NCBI GenBank assembly: GCA_043228905.1
Contig: JBHGNT010000012.1
Location: 16,182,001 to 16,246,000 of the forward strand
DNA length: 64,000 nt
Reading direction: 5' to 3'
Source: Azolla caroliniana
Lineage: Eukaryota; Plantae; Polypodiophyta
A program made the translations under genes and the position numbers. The notes under the pieces are model-generated. The model saw nothing but the letters and a program-made list of their open reading frames with translations. It was not told where the DNA came from and did no database searches. Of the stretch, positions 37,119 through 50,790 are shown piece after piece (the stretch's first letter is position 1; each line of letters begins with the position of its first letter).

Positions 37119-38479
37119 CTAGGGACATGCTTGTTGGAACTGTCTTTAGGATGATGTGGCAAAATACGATAGCACATGCAAAGCTATGTACAATGTTTGT
37201 TTGAAATCTTATCACTTTTGTGGAATTTTGACAATTACATAGCATAATCAATACTTGTATTTCAACTATCGTGGATGTTACAGTGGAATCATTCATGTAC
37301 GTAAGTAAGTCTTTCACATAATTTTCAAATTTGTCTTATATTTTATTGATTACCATTATGTGTTCTTAATATTCCCCCTTGCAAGCATTGTGAAAGCCAT
37401 CACCTCAACCAATAAAAGGATATGTTGGAAGTCTTAGGTCCTATTGAAATGAGGACTAACCTAAACTATTCATGTATTCACGTGAGAACTAACCTGATAA
37501 GTTCACCTACTTGATCAGACATGGATAAGATTTATGAAGGGGTTTTATATAGTAATAGTAAGGTAAAAACTTCAAGATATCCAAGCATTTTGTTTTATTT
37601 TCCAAGTTTTGAAGGCATACAAATACCTTTTCAAATGCATAACTCTCCCATAAAAAAAGTCCCTATGCCAACTCATCACTACCATCCATTCTGAACATAA
37701 GTAGTGTACACAATCAACAATCATTCGGTTAGGTTGACAAATCAATCTTGAACCTCTCAAAAAAAACTATGTTGTTTGAATCAACCTATGCAAAGGAAGG
37801 AATACTTTGTATTCACACAAAGTGAATGATCATTGGGAATTGTGGACATACTCGCTATAATATCCCACTAACCCTGAAAACATTTGTAAAACTTATGAAG
37901 TATGTGGAGAGCGTCACTGCATAAATGCATAGGTCTTTGTTGGATTCATTTGAATAATACAAGTGTGGACACAATATGAACAAAATACAAAGTGACCTCT
38001 TAGAAAAATAACCTTTTTGGAAACTTTTGCATGTAGTGCATGGTTGATTGGCCAAACATGATATTTTTAAGATGCTTCAAATGGGATTCCAATGTTTTGA
38101 TTAAACAATCAAATTACTATAATTGAATAACCTCATTGTGCAAATTTGTTATAGCCAAAAGGCTCATTATACCAAATGTGTAGCCAAAAGGGTTATAACT
38201 AAAAGGCTCACATTGTTACCGCCATGCAACACTAGAACAAACTACAAGGACCACGACACAATTGTGGAGGCAGGATGGTTCTGAAAACTTTCAAATGTCA
38301 ATGTTGTTAGGAAGTTGGTGACTAAAAATTTCAATACATGAAATAATAGCGAAAATGAGGTCAAGGGCGGAACAAAGATAATGACAACAAAACAATGACC
38401 ATGAGAGCTTATAATCGTGACACATTACCTAGGCATTATACATTGGTGGCATGTAAGTGAGTACATATTGAGAAGGCCA

Positions 38480-39520
38480 CAATAGGCTATATGTGATGAA
38501 GATAATTAGAGGCACCTAGGGGATATGTTTGTTTCACAACAAAATGTCTTCTAGAAAGTAGACAACCCTGCCTACCTAGTTGATATGATTGTAAGCCAAT
38601 ATTAAACAAACCACGCATAACATGATCTAAATCTCCTCACGACCATCCAAATGTGGGCATCTTCTTCCCTTCCCTACATTATGCCAAATGAGGGATATAT
38701 ATTGATAATGTTCATAGAATGTACTAATGTCATGTTGGGACTACCTTGGTCCTTGCACATGGATACCAAGCACCAATATAGTAAAAGGGCCTCACAATCT
38801 ATTGGTTTAGGGGTAAATTACAATCTTTGCGTACAAAATCATGTTGCGTTCACTCCTTTAAACCTTAGGAAAATGTATTTGTTGGTTTCGATATTTCATT
38901 ATATCATAAATAAGACCCATTTCACCCTCCACAATATTTCTCAACTTTATTGTCTATGTACAACAAGATGTGTAAGAGACTCGAGTATAATAACAATTCT
39001 CTTAAGTTGTGAGAAGCGGACTTGCCTGAAAAATGCAAATACTTTCTCTAGTTTATCAGCCATAAAGCCCTCCCAATTGGTACATGGCTACAACGGAGAG
39101 GCCAAGATGGTGCCTGTAAGAATTGCAACTACGATGCAGAAACGATTGAACATTGCTTGTGGTCTTGTACGTATGCAAATATGATTTGTGAAAGAATTAT
39201 ATGCATTCTGGCGGCTGGCGGCATGGAAGGCTCAATTTCATTTGGTTATGCTATATGGTGGTCTCCACAAAAGAATGCATGGATGTGTGGTGCACAAGAC
39301 TTCTCCTTAGCCCTTAAAGTGCATAGAACCCATTGGACATGGACAACGTTGGATGTAAGCAAATTTGGGGATCACAAAATTTGCAGAAAGCATGGTCCAT
39401 TGTGGCATCAATCGGTATGTGGAACATTTGGAAATATAGATGTTTCAAATGGTACTAAGGGGAAACACACACAATTGTAGATGCCATCACAACTATATGG
39501 ACTGATCTAGTGGTATCCTT
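38480..39520 (-). pseudogene. Possible heavily decayed MULE-like transposase
   Basis: Broken frames give SCDGIYNC, FCKFC, RCPC, AFFCGDHH (CxGxxxC..CxxC..C..GxHxH-like Zn module) and later W..LDHVM. Many stops. Confidence 0.35.
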
Positions 39521-40282
39521 GCATGCACAATTCGAAAACCTACATGGAGATTCAAAGTCTCAAGGGTTGGCATGAGCACAATTTATCTCACTCTCAGAAA
39601 ACACACCATTGGTGGACTTCATGTCAGGACATCCAAAATGGTGCTTCTAGCCCCTTCACTGGCTCTGCCCCCTTTGGCCAGCAAATCACCCATATTGCTT
39701 TCAGTGATATCAATGTCTAACTGCATTGAAAAGCTTGCTAGTTGTCTTGAGGCTTGCAGAAAAATAACAGGTTTTGTCAGGGAAACGTTTGCTATGATGG
39801 GGACAATGATTGCCCCACCTTTTTTTATCTAAGGTGTCACACAACGATAGCTAAATATATATGAAAATGACATGTAAAAATAGTTGAGTATCTATGGATA
39901 CTTAGAATGTACATAGACTGATTTGTATATACGATTCGCCTAACTAATGGGAAACAGTTTTTTCTTGAGAAAATTTAGTATAAAGAGCATTTGTAACATA
40001 ACTTATTGTTTCCTTGTATTATGTACAAAAAATAATTTTGAGTCGAATTTCTTTCGGAGTCATTTCTGAGCTTCGAACATGCAAACTTGGAGGGGTTCGT
40101 GACCTTACAATCCACAATTAGACATTATCATCTATTCAAAGACGAGACCACCACCGCAAAAACAAAAGCTCCATGTCGTGATTCATACACAAACCTGACT
40201 TCTTATGTACATATCGTCATATCTTCCTTTGTATGTTTGTGGAAACATAAACAAATAAACATGTGCACCTTGTCACACTGGA

Positions 40283-40520
40283 CACATACTATGCATGTAT
40301 ATCTATATGGATGCATATATATACTACATTTGACAATTTCTAGATGGTGAGTACAACATGTTGATGTATTTAGTAGGCTAACTTACTTCTATTCTTAAGT
40401 TCACATACTATGCATGTATATCTATATGGATGCATATATATACTACATTTGACAATTTCTAGATGGTGAGTACAACATGTTGATGTATTTAGTAGGCTAA
40501 CTTACTTCTATTCTTAAGTT
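40283..40520. repeat. Perfect 119-bp tandem duplication
   Basis: 40283-40401 equals 40402-40520. Confidence 0.93.
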
Positions 40521-42826
40521 CCCACATGTAAACATGCTAAAAACTCTTTATAAGTTTAGATGAAATCATGCACATTAACATTTTTGTTGCTAAAAAAAAG
40601 TGGTATTCACATTCCATAAGACAATGACTAAATGAGAAGGTTCCACTTTAAAGTGAGATGCTAATAAATTTGATAAAAACTTCTATGTGAACATTGGGAA
40701 TAGGTGGTGAGAAGACACATATGTGGCATTAAACTATATTTAAGTATTTCTACTACAATTTAGTCAACCTTGATAGTAGTATCCTATATATGGTGAGTGT
40801 GACTAACTCATGTTTTAAAGATCTCCCATGTTCATTAGAATTTGTTATCCAACAACTAAGATTTTTTGTTGGGCTTTTATTGGGATACATGGACATACAA
40901 CTAACTTGATTGAACACCTTGCATATCAATCGGTCACTACAAATATAACTTGAAATATATTTTTGGTGTTGTGTGTTGTATCACATAACTTTTTTTATAG
41001 TCTCACTCAACAAATTTTTCTTCATTATAAGTGCACCTAGTCAATCAATTTTTAAAATGAGGAGCAAGCTATTGAGGGAGACTATGAAAGGAGCAACACA
41101 TAACACCCAACATATATTTCGGCAATGTAGTAAACATTGAGCATCCCAAAGTATCTAGTATAATGGTAAGTATCTCAACCTCATAAGGCGAACAGACCAA
41201 TATTGGGATAAATCAATAGATATAACTTTTATTAATTTTGAAATCGAGGGATGAATTGATGGACATGCTTGCTATATAAAGTATAAGTTGCATTGGATCC
41301 GAAATTGTTGTGTACTTCAATGACATTTCGGTTCTTCTTTTTAAAGTTCCAATGAGGTTTTTCGAACTTCCTGAAAATAACAACGATATATTGGTAATTC
41401 TCCCTTAGATATATGTCATGTTCCTTGTCAATAAGTTTTTTCTTATGAGAAAATCAATCCTACTTGAAACTCTAAGTGATGTTGGTATTATTGTCATGTT
41501 TTCCTTCGATAAAGAGCTAGTGAGATATCACTAGCAAAGCTTATGGACATTATACAATTTTTCTAGGAAAAGAATAGATTATTGTTTTGGTTATCTTGGC
41601 AAATACTATGTTAATAACTCGACATCGAAACAAGAACCAAGATATGGACATCAAAACCTAAACATAATGTGAGCCGATTTAATATAGACAGTAGAAAATA
41701 TGTATTCTGAAAATTCCAATCGTACCTTGTAATGACAAAGGAATTGTATAGAAACCATCTTGGTTAAGATATTAACATCAAAACCTAAACATAATGTGAG
41801 CCATTTAATATGGAATGAAGAAAATGTGTATTCTGAAAATTCCAGTTGTAACTTGTAAAGACAAAAAGGAATTGTATAGGAACAATTTTGGTTAACTTTG
41901 GTTTCTCAAAAAGAAGTCGGGATCCAAAAGTATAAATACACAAACACAAAATTTAGAAGTCTAAACTAAATCAAGAGCTATAAATGCATACATTAAGATG
42001 CAAATGTAGGATGCATTTTCCCCACTCTAATCTTCTATGATTATTCTCTACCAAAGCATTATATAAAAATATCAATGAAACAAGGAATCTTGTAAAAGTT
42101 TTTATTGAATTGTCTTTAGTAGGGTCACATGTTCTTGGTTACTATGGCATGTACTATTGTTGAAGAAATAATCACCATAGGCATTGACAATTAATCTTTA
42201 CCTTCTCAAAACAAACCAACTAATTAACATATACACACCTCAATATCTCAAAGGCCATCTCCACTTTACCCTCTAATCTTATTTTTTTAGAAATATTTCA
42301 CTTGGAATCTATCCAAATAACCAATAGTTTTTCCCAAACATTTGAATAGGGTATCTTAGTGAAAGAAGTGCATTTCATTTCTTATTCTTTGCTTTGGTGA
42401 GTGAAGATCTCTATAATTGATGTGAATTGTTTTCAAGTCTCCACAACATTGTGCACAATGCAATGAAAGCCATGTTTCTCTCTTGGAAGATTCATCTAGG
42501 TTAGAAACACGCCCATTAAGTGTATTGATCATAAGATCCATTGTAAAAGGCCAAAGCTTCAAGTACTTGTAAGCTTGCTTTTCCACCAAAACCTTCTTTC
42601 TATTGTCACCAAGCTATATTTTCTATGTGCAATATTCAATCCTTCGAAGCATCTCAAAACTCTATAAAACATTCTAAGATAATGCCATCCCAATTAAGAG
42701 CTTTGCCTTCTAATCCCTTAATATTATAGACGTTTCCCATTGATTATGGATTGAGCTGCCTAAATATAAATACTTGTATAAAACCAAGTTTCCATCTCAT
42801 GGCATGAAACCACCAATGAATAGGAG

Positions 42827-43595
42827 CAGGGCAAAAATTTGACAGGTGTCATGCCCGTCAAAGGCCCTTTTGCCCGTCAAAAACATACACTTAATAAAAA
42901 TGCCCGTCAAGTGACATACAAAGTTTCAATTTCTATTTTCATGTGAAAAGCCCCTAAAAATTATACATGTCAAATGACATGTTAAAATTCTATTTTCCAT
43001 GTCATATATATTATATATATGACACATATTATCATATAAATATATGTATATAGTCTTCTTTATAACACGCTTAAAATAATATCATCATCATATAATAATG
43101 ACATATATTTTCAAACCTTTATTCTTTACTAATAGTATTACTTTAAATTTGATTGAAATTTTAAACAATAACCTTTATTAAACACTCTAAGAGTGTAAAC
43201 TCTAGGTTTGATTTTAATGTTTTACGTTTTAAGTCAAACCTTAATTTTTTACTAACCTTTTTTTTTCGATACAATAACATTTTTTAACAAAACAATAGCC
43301 ACGTTTTTTCCAAAAATAACCTCTGTTTTTTTCCAAAAAAATAACCTTTTCTTCATACTTAATAGTAAAAACATTAACACGATATTTATTTTATGTATTT
43401 CATTTTCTTTGTGAGGTAGTTATATTAATTTGTGTAATGATATCTATAACGATGTAACATTATATAGAGCTTTTCATTTTAAAAAATTGTATATCAAATG
43501 ACATGTTAGTTTTTGTAATCTTATGGCATATGACATACATCTTTAAAAAATGCCCGTCAAAAAACTTTGATACTAACCTATCAAATTTAGGCCTG
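42827..43595. mobile_element. Non-autonomous hAT element
   Basis: Perfect 8-bp TSD AATAGGAG (42819-42826 and 43596-43603). TIRs CAGGGCAAAAATTTGACAGG / CCTATCAAATTTAGGCCTG. Subterminal TGCCCGTCAA repeats. Confidence 0.92.
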
Positions 43596-46079
43596 AATAG
43601 GAGCATAAAACAAGAGACCCAGAGGACATAAGATCCCAAGAACAAGAGACCCTATCCCTTATCCCAATAACGAGGAACCATTGGATTGAGATACAATGTA
43701 GAATCATTTTGTGGATAAACTGTGAATAATGGTGAAATTCAAGAACAATATGTTACACCAAGACTCAAATTTAAATACACGAGAAGCAACAATTCTAGGT
43801 GCGAAGATGCAAAAATGAGCTAGTGGGAGAATACAAAGTTCCTTGGTTAGCAGTTTTCATGAATTGAACATTAATTATTAAGACTTATTTCTATCTGGGA
43901 ACTTTTATTGTTGTTGTTAAAGACAACTTATGGGTTTCGTTGAAAAGAAGAAGTATAAGAACATGGGAAACAAAGAACAACAAATATCTTGCACATTTAT
44001 TTTGATGCATTTATGATATCGATGTGTAAACCTGGGTTTATAATTATATGAAGTCCAAATGAGGAATAACTAACGTTGAGAGTGTGCATGGGGAATGGAG
44101 ATAACATGTTTACATGAAGGGGACATGCGTGAGATTTTGTCCTCATTCACGATAACATGTTATTTTCATCTTTTGAGGCAACTATCAACGTGATAAACAA
44201 TCATGAACGTGGCACAAAAGATAGATGATAATATTTTATAAAATGTTTAATATATGAGCCACAATTTTTATTCACATGATTTAATACATACAAATGTAGA
44301 TGTAAAGAACTAATAAGGGCTTTATATGTAATGCTTCATTAGCATGATGTTGTGATGATATTTTTCTTTTCTTTTCAAAATGAAGCTACTTTCCCATTAG
44401 TTAGGAAGGATTATTACATAGAGAGTCTACAAGGAGACTTATACACACATCGGGGAGTCTTCCTCCGATCAAGTAAAAGAAGATGAGCCTACTTACAATG
44501 CCTTGCGGCCTAACTTAATGTAAGAAGCTACCTATATCCAAGGCGATGTTGTGATGAAATTACAAAGAGGGGATAAGAGTTCACACATGTCACACTCCTA
44601 GCTTGCACAAAAACCAAGCTATCGTTTGCGATCTCAACTTCTACATTAAGAGCTATGAACGTATAATAATTTGTAAATACTCACAAGAGAAATTTAACAA
44701 TAAAAAATACTCAATTAGTAAAGATACAAAAAGAAGTGTGAATATTGGACCGTTGACATATGTTACAATATATAATCTACTCTGAGCAAACATCAACTTA
44801 AGAAATTTAAATGCCCCATTAATATATCTTTCCAACTATGCCTGATCATCTTTGACATGATATGAAGAAACATAACTGAATATACAATCTTTGTGAATAA
44901 TCATATACATAACCAACATGATAGTATTGCACTACGCCTAAGATAAGCCCATTCAGCTTGTCTACACATGGTTGTAATCATAGTACGCAATATACTCGAA
45001 TGCATTGGCAAACATTCTTTTTCATACGAATGCAAACGAATTCATATGTTATCAAAACGTTCTTATGTTTTTTTTTTATTTTACCTTAACTTTCTTACCT
45101 TATAAAAAAAATTTACCTTATAATAAATAATGAATACAAAAGTATGGTAGTTACCATACGTTGAGGGTGTTTACTATACTCGAATGGATTGAAACATTCT
45201 CGAATGCGAATGCACATGTGGTACGTATGGTTTATACTATGGGTGTAATAACATTTGCAGTGCCAATGTTGTCATCATAGTTATAGAGTTGCAAATTAAG
45301 CTTATGATTACTTTATGACACTATTTTTTGCATTCACTCTAACATATGCCAAATAATGTTATCATACATTAGAATTGTTTATTTATCTAATACTCCCTTC
45401 ATCTTGTCATGAAAGTCATTGCCAATGCATCATATATAGTTGCGAAGAGTTTCTCCATTAACACAATTGAATAGTGCATGCATGGAACATTGGTGTAAAT
45501 GAACACATTGGACAATCTTTAGGAGTGTTGTATCAATCATCCTTTTTTTGTTAATCCAATGCTTTTCAACATTAATAACACCCATCAAAACAAACAAGAA
45601 AGGCACACACTTGATGGTTTAATCAATTTAAAATATTGTGAGAAAAACAATTAGGGTCAAGCAACCTCCCTCAATATGGAGTTCGAGGTTGAATCTCAAA
45701 AGGAATTCTTCTGCCCACAAGCACATAGTGTATTGTGGGTTTGCTACCATTGAACCTACCTAAAGAAGGCCTCATAAAATTAAATACAATGAGGTTCTAC
45801 TAACAATTAATGAAGAGAAATGAATTCTTTGGCCCTCAAGACATGTTTGCTTATATAGGGGGCTATTGAAATAAGGCATTATAAAATGAAATACAATGAA
45901 CTTCTCCAAGACATGTTTGCTTATTTGGGGCTACATTTAATGAAGTGTGGAGATACATTGCTAATTAGTATCCTCTTACACTTGTCTAGTGGAATGCACA
46001 TTTTGAAACCTGTATACTGATACAACAATTGTGAGGATTTCTTGCAAAAGACTTCGTTACCAATGCTATAAGCCTAGCA

Positions 46080-47500
46080 TTAATGGAAAATTAATTTTTC
46101 AAGGCCATCGAGATTAAGCATGCCATTCTCTATGAGAGATTCCAAAATTCCATGCAACGCTGATCTGCAAAATGTAGGACGTTTTGAGTGTAGAACTCTA
46201 ACAATAATAAAATTAAACTTTTGATTCACATGTTCATTATTTTCTTTTAATATGAATCCTACTTTGATAAACATAATAGGCATCCAGCTTTTGTTACTAT
46301 GCGACTAACACTTTCGGTAGGAAACATAATACTTAAAATGCCTTTTGCAGAAGTAAAAATCATAAACAACAACACTATTTGAGTGCAAGCAATAACACAA
46401 GATAATAAAGACTTGTTTTTGAAATTTAAATAAAGTTGAGTGAGAGAGACAAGAGTGTTGATAATGCACACTTATTAAACTTAATGGTTTTGTAGTTAGG
46501 TGCAACATATGTAGTGTATATAACATGAGAAGTGTGAGCATCTACATTTTTCCTGTGTCATGATACACGAAGAAACCGATTGATGCATCATGAAATATGT
46601 GCTTCGCATCCCATCTTCCAAATCATTTTTTCATATCTTGCATCTAACTAGAACATGAAGATTTATGGTGTCATTTGGATTTTTATGCTTGCCTCGCATA
46701 CAACTCTAGAAGTAGAATAGAATTTTCATTGTCTACAAGGATGGCTAATTTTCACCCAGGGAACCAAATGAAAATATCATCTTGTTTGCAACTCCTTCCT
46801 AAGAAAGGATGTTACAACTTTGTAGTAAAAACTCTCTATATGAAAATAATGCACGCACATATGTGCTAAATCATCTTCGTCGGATTTGGGAATAACAATT
46901 AAGTTATCATGTTTGTCTAATACATCATCATACTTCTTGTGAATTACCTTATACGTTGAGGAATGGGAGAAGTAAGTGACATTAATCCTCTACTATGTTT
47001 TCAATGCATACCTTGCATATCTTCACACTAGTGTGATGATGCCTTGATCCAACCTGAACACTTAACTTGTTTGAGCAAGTTCAGAGAAGTAAGGCTCTTT
47101 GAGAGGCAAGGCTCGGGGGGTTAGCAAGATGGGGTTAGACACGTTGTAGTGTTTTTACCTTGTATTGGGGCCAACATTGGGGGTTAACATTTGTAATGTA
47201 ATATACCAATTTTGACATTTTAGCATCTTGTCGCTTCATACTTACTACCTCTATTAATCTATCCTTGATTGATTCTATACTTCATAGAATAACTTTTGGA
47301 TTTTGGATTTTTCCAATACACTAAGTGAGATCCCCACACTTCCACTCCATAAAATAACGCTTGCATCACCATAGCATTGAATAACATCAATCTCATTTTC
47401 CATCCTCTATTGGTTGCAGTTTCTCAAACATATAATAGCTATTCCAACGTGCTTAATGTCTAGACTCATAGCATACACTCCACTTATTTGATGATGGGAT
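46080..47500 (-). pseudogene. Decayed hAT transposase
   Basis: LDI..RWNSYYMFE (RWNS at 47438-47449) and SAKGILSIMFPTESVSRIVTKAG (hAT dimerisation-like) in the expected order. Confidence 0.6.
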
Positions 47501-48239
47501 ATTAATACCAAGATATTTGGAGCTTTGCACCGCTTGTATTGGTTCTCCCTTGTATGTAAAAGTGGGCTAATGTCTTCATTCTATTGTCTTTATTGCTATC
47601 ATTATTGTTTTGTCCACGCTAACAATTAGCACCCTTGGTGTATACTTCTTAGACCCAGGTACACTTTTACATTCCCAAATTTTTACTCCATATTTCCCAC
47701 ATTCACTTTTCTTAAACGTATGTTTTATTCTCCTCCTCGAACATCTGAAATATTTTTTTGGTAATTCTCTTACGTCATTTCTTTTACATTTTAATCCTTC
47801 ACACTTTTACTTCAAGATTCCTCCGTGTTTAAATTTTGCACCTCCAACCTTCTTTAGCTATGTACTAGAGAGTTTATATTTTGGCACAAAATTGATTAAC
47901 ATTAACCATCTTGGCTAAGAGATCACATTATGAGGTGTAATCTCTCATTCGGTCTCAAAGGCTATTTTGGCCTCTTAAAAGACATTAACATATCTTTCTT
48001 TCTTTCTTTCTCTCTTTCTCCCTCATTAACTTGATGGTGTAATAAGAAGTGCTCATTATCAACTCTCACTCGAATAACTCTCTCTAAGTTTCAGAAACAG
48101 ATCTTTATTATCTTGTGCTATTACTGTTAAAAAACTTACTCTTATTCAAATAGTGTTGCATGCTTATGGTTTGTACTTTTTAGCAAGGTATGTCCAAGCC
48201 AGTAATGATAAGTAAAAGGGGTATGAAACCAAGTAATTC

Positions 48240-50683
48240 TTACATGTTGCAAGTGCTTGCGAGAATCCGATGCAGAATGGTAGAAAGTTTCTTTACTCTG
48301 CGCGCAGCAAGGACACTTTTGTTGAGATCATCTTGACAAGAATGAAAGCAAAGTGAAAATGAATAGGCAAAACAAACCTTTGAGTCATTTCAGCATCAGT
48401 GTCGGTATTTTGCTTGTTGATGGTAACTGATAGTGTATCATTGATAGATTTTATACAAAGGCCAAGTTCATTCATGTCGATATCCTTGAGAAGTAACTCT
48501 ACATCTTTAGAGGAAACACTTTTATTCTTCATATTTCTGTACAGTGATGCCCTTTGTTGTTGATGTGGTGGTCTCCCCGGTAGCACCTGACCTATAATGG
48601 GATCATTGAATTCAGCATCGTTAACAATCCATCCATCAGAAATGCTCATTTCAAGAACACTTTCCATCCACTCTTGAAACAAGGCCTCGTGCCTATGAGA
48701 TTCATCAATCTTCTCTCGCATTATTTTGTCCGATTGAAACGAATTGAAATGACTTATCAAAGCATCCGGGTGTTGAAGGAGAGATACCTCATATTGAGTA
48801 AGAGTTCTGTTATGCAAACCTACTTTACTCTTGATTTGCACATTCTTCAACTCCCGGACCAATTTCGCCTTCGATAGCTTCAAAGAGTGTAAACTCTTCA
48901 CGCAATGTTTTACTTTACCATACATTATTAGTGCTTGTTGAGCTCTAGCCAATGTTCGCTTCTTCACATCTTCTACACTATCTAACGATTGAAGAACCTT
49001 GTTGACAAAAGCTCGCACATCACCCTCAGCTTCTCGACCAAGCTTTATAATTTCGCTTGAGGTAGAAACATCTCTTGGATATGGAGGTAATGGAGCTTTC
49101 AACAACGATTGCATGAGTGGTCCGATGCGACGAAGAAGAATTGTTTCGAACAAATCAAAATACCATAGGAACCACGCTATGGCTAGAAGCAATGGTCTAC
49201 TTTGTAATGCATCCTTTGTGAGAGAAAAGATGGGTGCATATTGGGGATATCCCCAGCAATGCATATAAAACTTCACAAATTCAAGTTTCTGTGCGATTAG
49301 CTCAGCATCATCATTGAAGCTTCCCTCATTCAGTTCACATTCTAGTGGACTATTTTTATCCAATAAATTAGACTTCGACAGAAGAGCTCGAGAGCTCGAG
49401 GGTTGATTCTGACGGACATTTGTAACATGAACAGGCTCATCATCACACATCCGATCAGAATTAGGCTTTCCATGAGCATTACCCTTTCTATGAGATTGCT
49501 TTTGTACATCTGAATAAAGCTTTCTTGTAACATTACCATTTTGTCCTGATGAATTTTGTTGTGAGGTATGGAAAAATCCATCAGAATGAGGGTTTTTATG
49601 AACATGACAGGTTTTTCTTGATGGATTTTTTCCTGCATTATGACAAGTTCGATCAGAATTAGGGTTCACATTAACATTAACGTTTTTTCCTGATGGGTTT
49701 TTTTCTAAGCTACCACCAAACTTAGGTTTTCTCTTAACATTATTGCTTCCTGATGGAATTTGTTGTAGGGTATGACGAAACAATCCACTAAAATTAGGAT
49801 TTCTATAAATGACATTCAAGCCTTTCTTGAAAGGAAATTTCCGTAGAGTAAGGAATATTTCATCGGAATCGGGATTTCTATTAACACTTGTATTTTCTCT
49901 ATGGAAAAGTTGTTCAGAAGTAGGGTTTCTATGAACTCGGAGGTTTTTGCACTTGCCATCTTTGACATTTAACTGATGAAGATTTTGATGAAATCCATAT
50001 TGAACATTAGGGCCTCTCTCTTTGGCATTATGGTATCTCTCTTTGGCATTATGGTATCTTTCTTTCACATTAGGGTTTTCCTCTTCAACACTGGAGTTTC
50101 CCTCCGTAGAAATAAGGTTTCTACATGACCCATTCTGAGATTCTTCTTCTTCTTCACCTTCACACATAAGCTTCTTGAAGCTTCTAATTCCATCATCGCG
50201 TGCATGAAAAGCCAAATCAGAAGGAACAAGAAGACTTACTTGCTCATCCTTCTTCTGTTTGTTCCTGTTGGGATCAGCTCCAACGGCAGAGCTTTTGGAG
50301 ACGGAGGAAGCAATGAGATGATGGAGAACGTGAAGAAGGGCAGGCGAACATCGTGGATCGTTGAACTTGGACCTTCTGATATGCTCTGGAGACAAAGGTA
50401 GCACGAACCCTAGTTTTGATACTGACACGAACCCAGAATCCGGTGCTAACCCTAATCCCAATTCTGATCTTGATGCAGATTCTCGCCCTGACCCTGACCC
50501 TAAATCTGATCCTGATCGTGATGCTGATCCTGATCGAAGCCCTAATTCGGATCCCGATCCCGATCCCGAACCTGAACCCAACCCTAACCCTAACCCTAAC
50601 CCTAACCCTAACCCTAATTCTTGAAGGAGGCCACAGACATGTTCGACACTGCCACGAACGTTCTTGCGATTACTCTCTTCCAT
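48240..50683 (-). CDS. TEDC1: Tubulin epsilon and delta complex protein 1-like (DUF4509/DUF4510), 2 exons, 787 aa
   Basis: LSPEHIRRSKFN..ALLHVL, FVKFYMHCWGYP, SRPLLLAIAWFL, LPPYP and HEALFQEWMESVL resemble TEDC1 motifs. Exon 1 50683-48378, 80-bp GT-AG intron, exon 2 48297-48240 (RVKKLSTILHRILASTCNM*), phases match. Confidence 0.8.
50582..50617 (-). repeat. (TTAGGG)6 telomere-type hexamer inside the TEDC1-like CDS
   Basis: CCCTAA x6 on plus, encoding (LG)n. Degenerate hexamers continue to ~50420. Confidence 0.9.
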
Positions 50684-50790
50684 TTTTTCTCTCTCTTCTT
50701 CTTTTTCCTCTCTCTAGAGCCTCACCAAATACAAATATTTATTTATTTTTATTTTCTTAGAGGCAGAGAGTAGGAAATGTAGTGCCTACA

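Noticed and set aside
42356-42780. Copia integrase remnant (MVEKQAYKYLK..) and RNase H-like remnant near 43690-43830
   Set aside because: Plausible but too degraded to delimit or support as features.
45380-45560. Helitron helicase relic
   Set aside because: Only vague resemblance; the neighbouring motifs fit a hAT transposase better and no Helitron termini were seen.
48293-48377. C-terminus FVLPIHFHF..LLRAE of the 796-aa ORF
   Set aside because: It reads as an 80-bp GT-AG intron with a phase-compatible last exon, so it is probably not translated.
50582-50617. Chromosome end or large interstitial telomere
   Set aside because: Only six units, embedded in an open reading frame.
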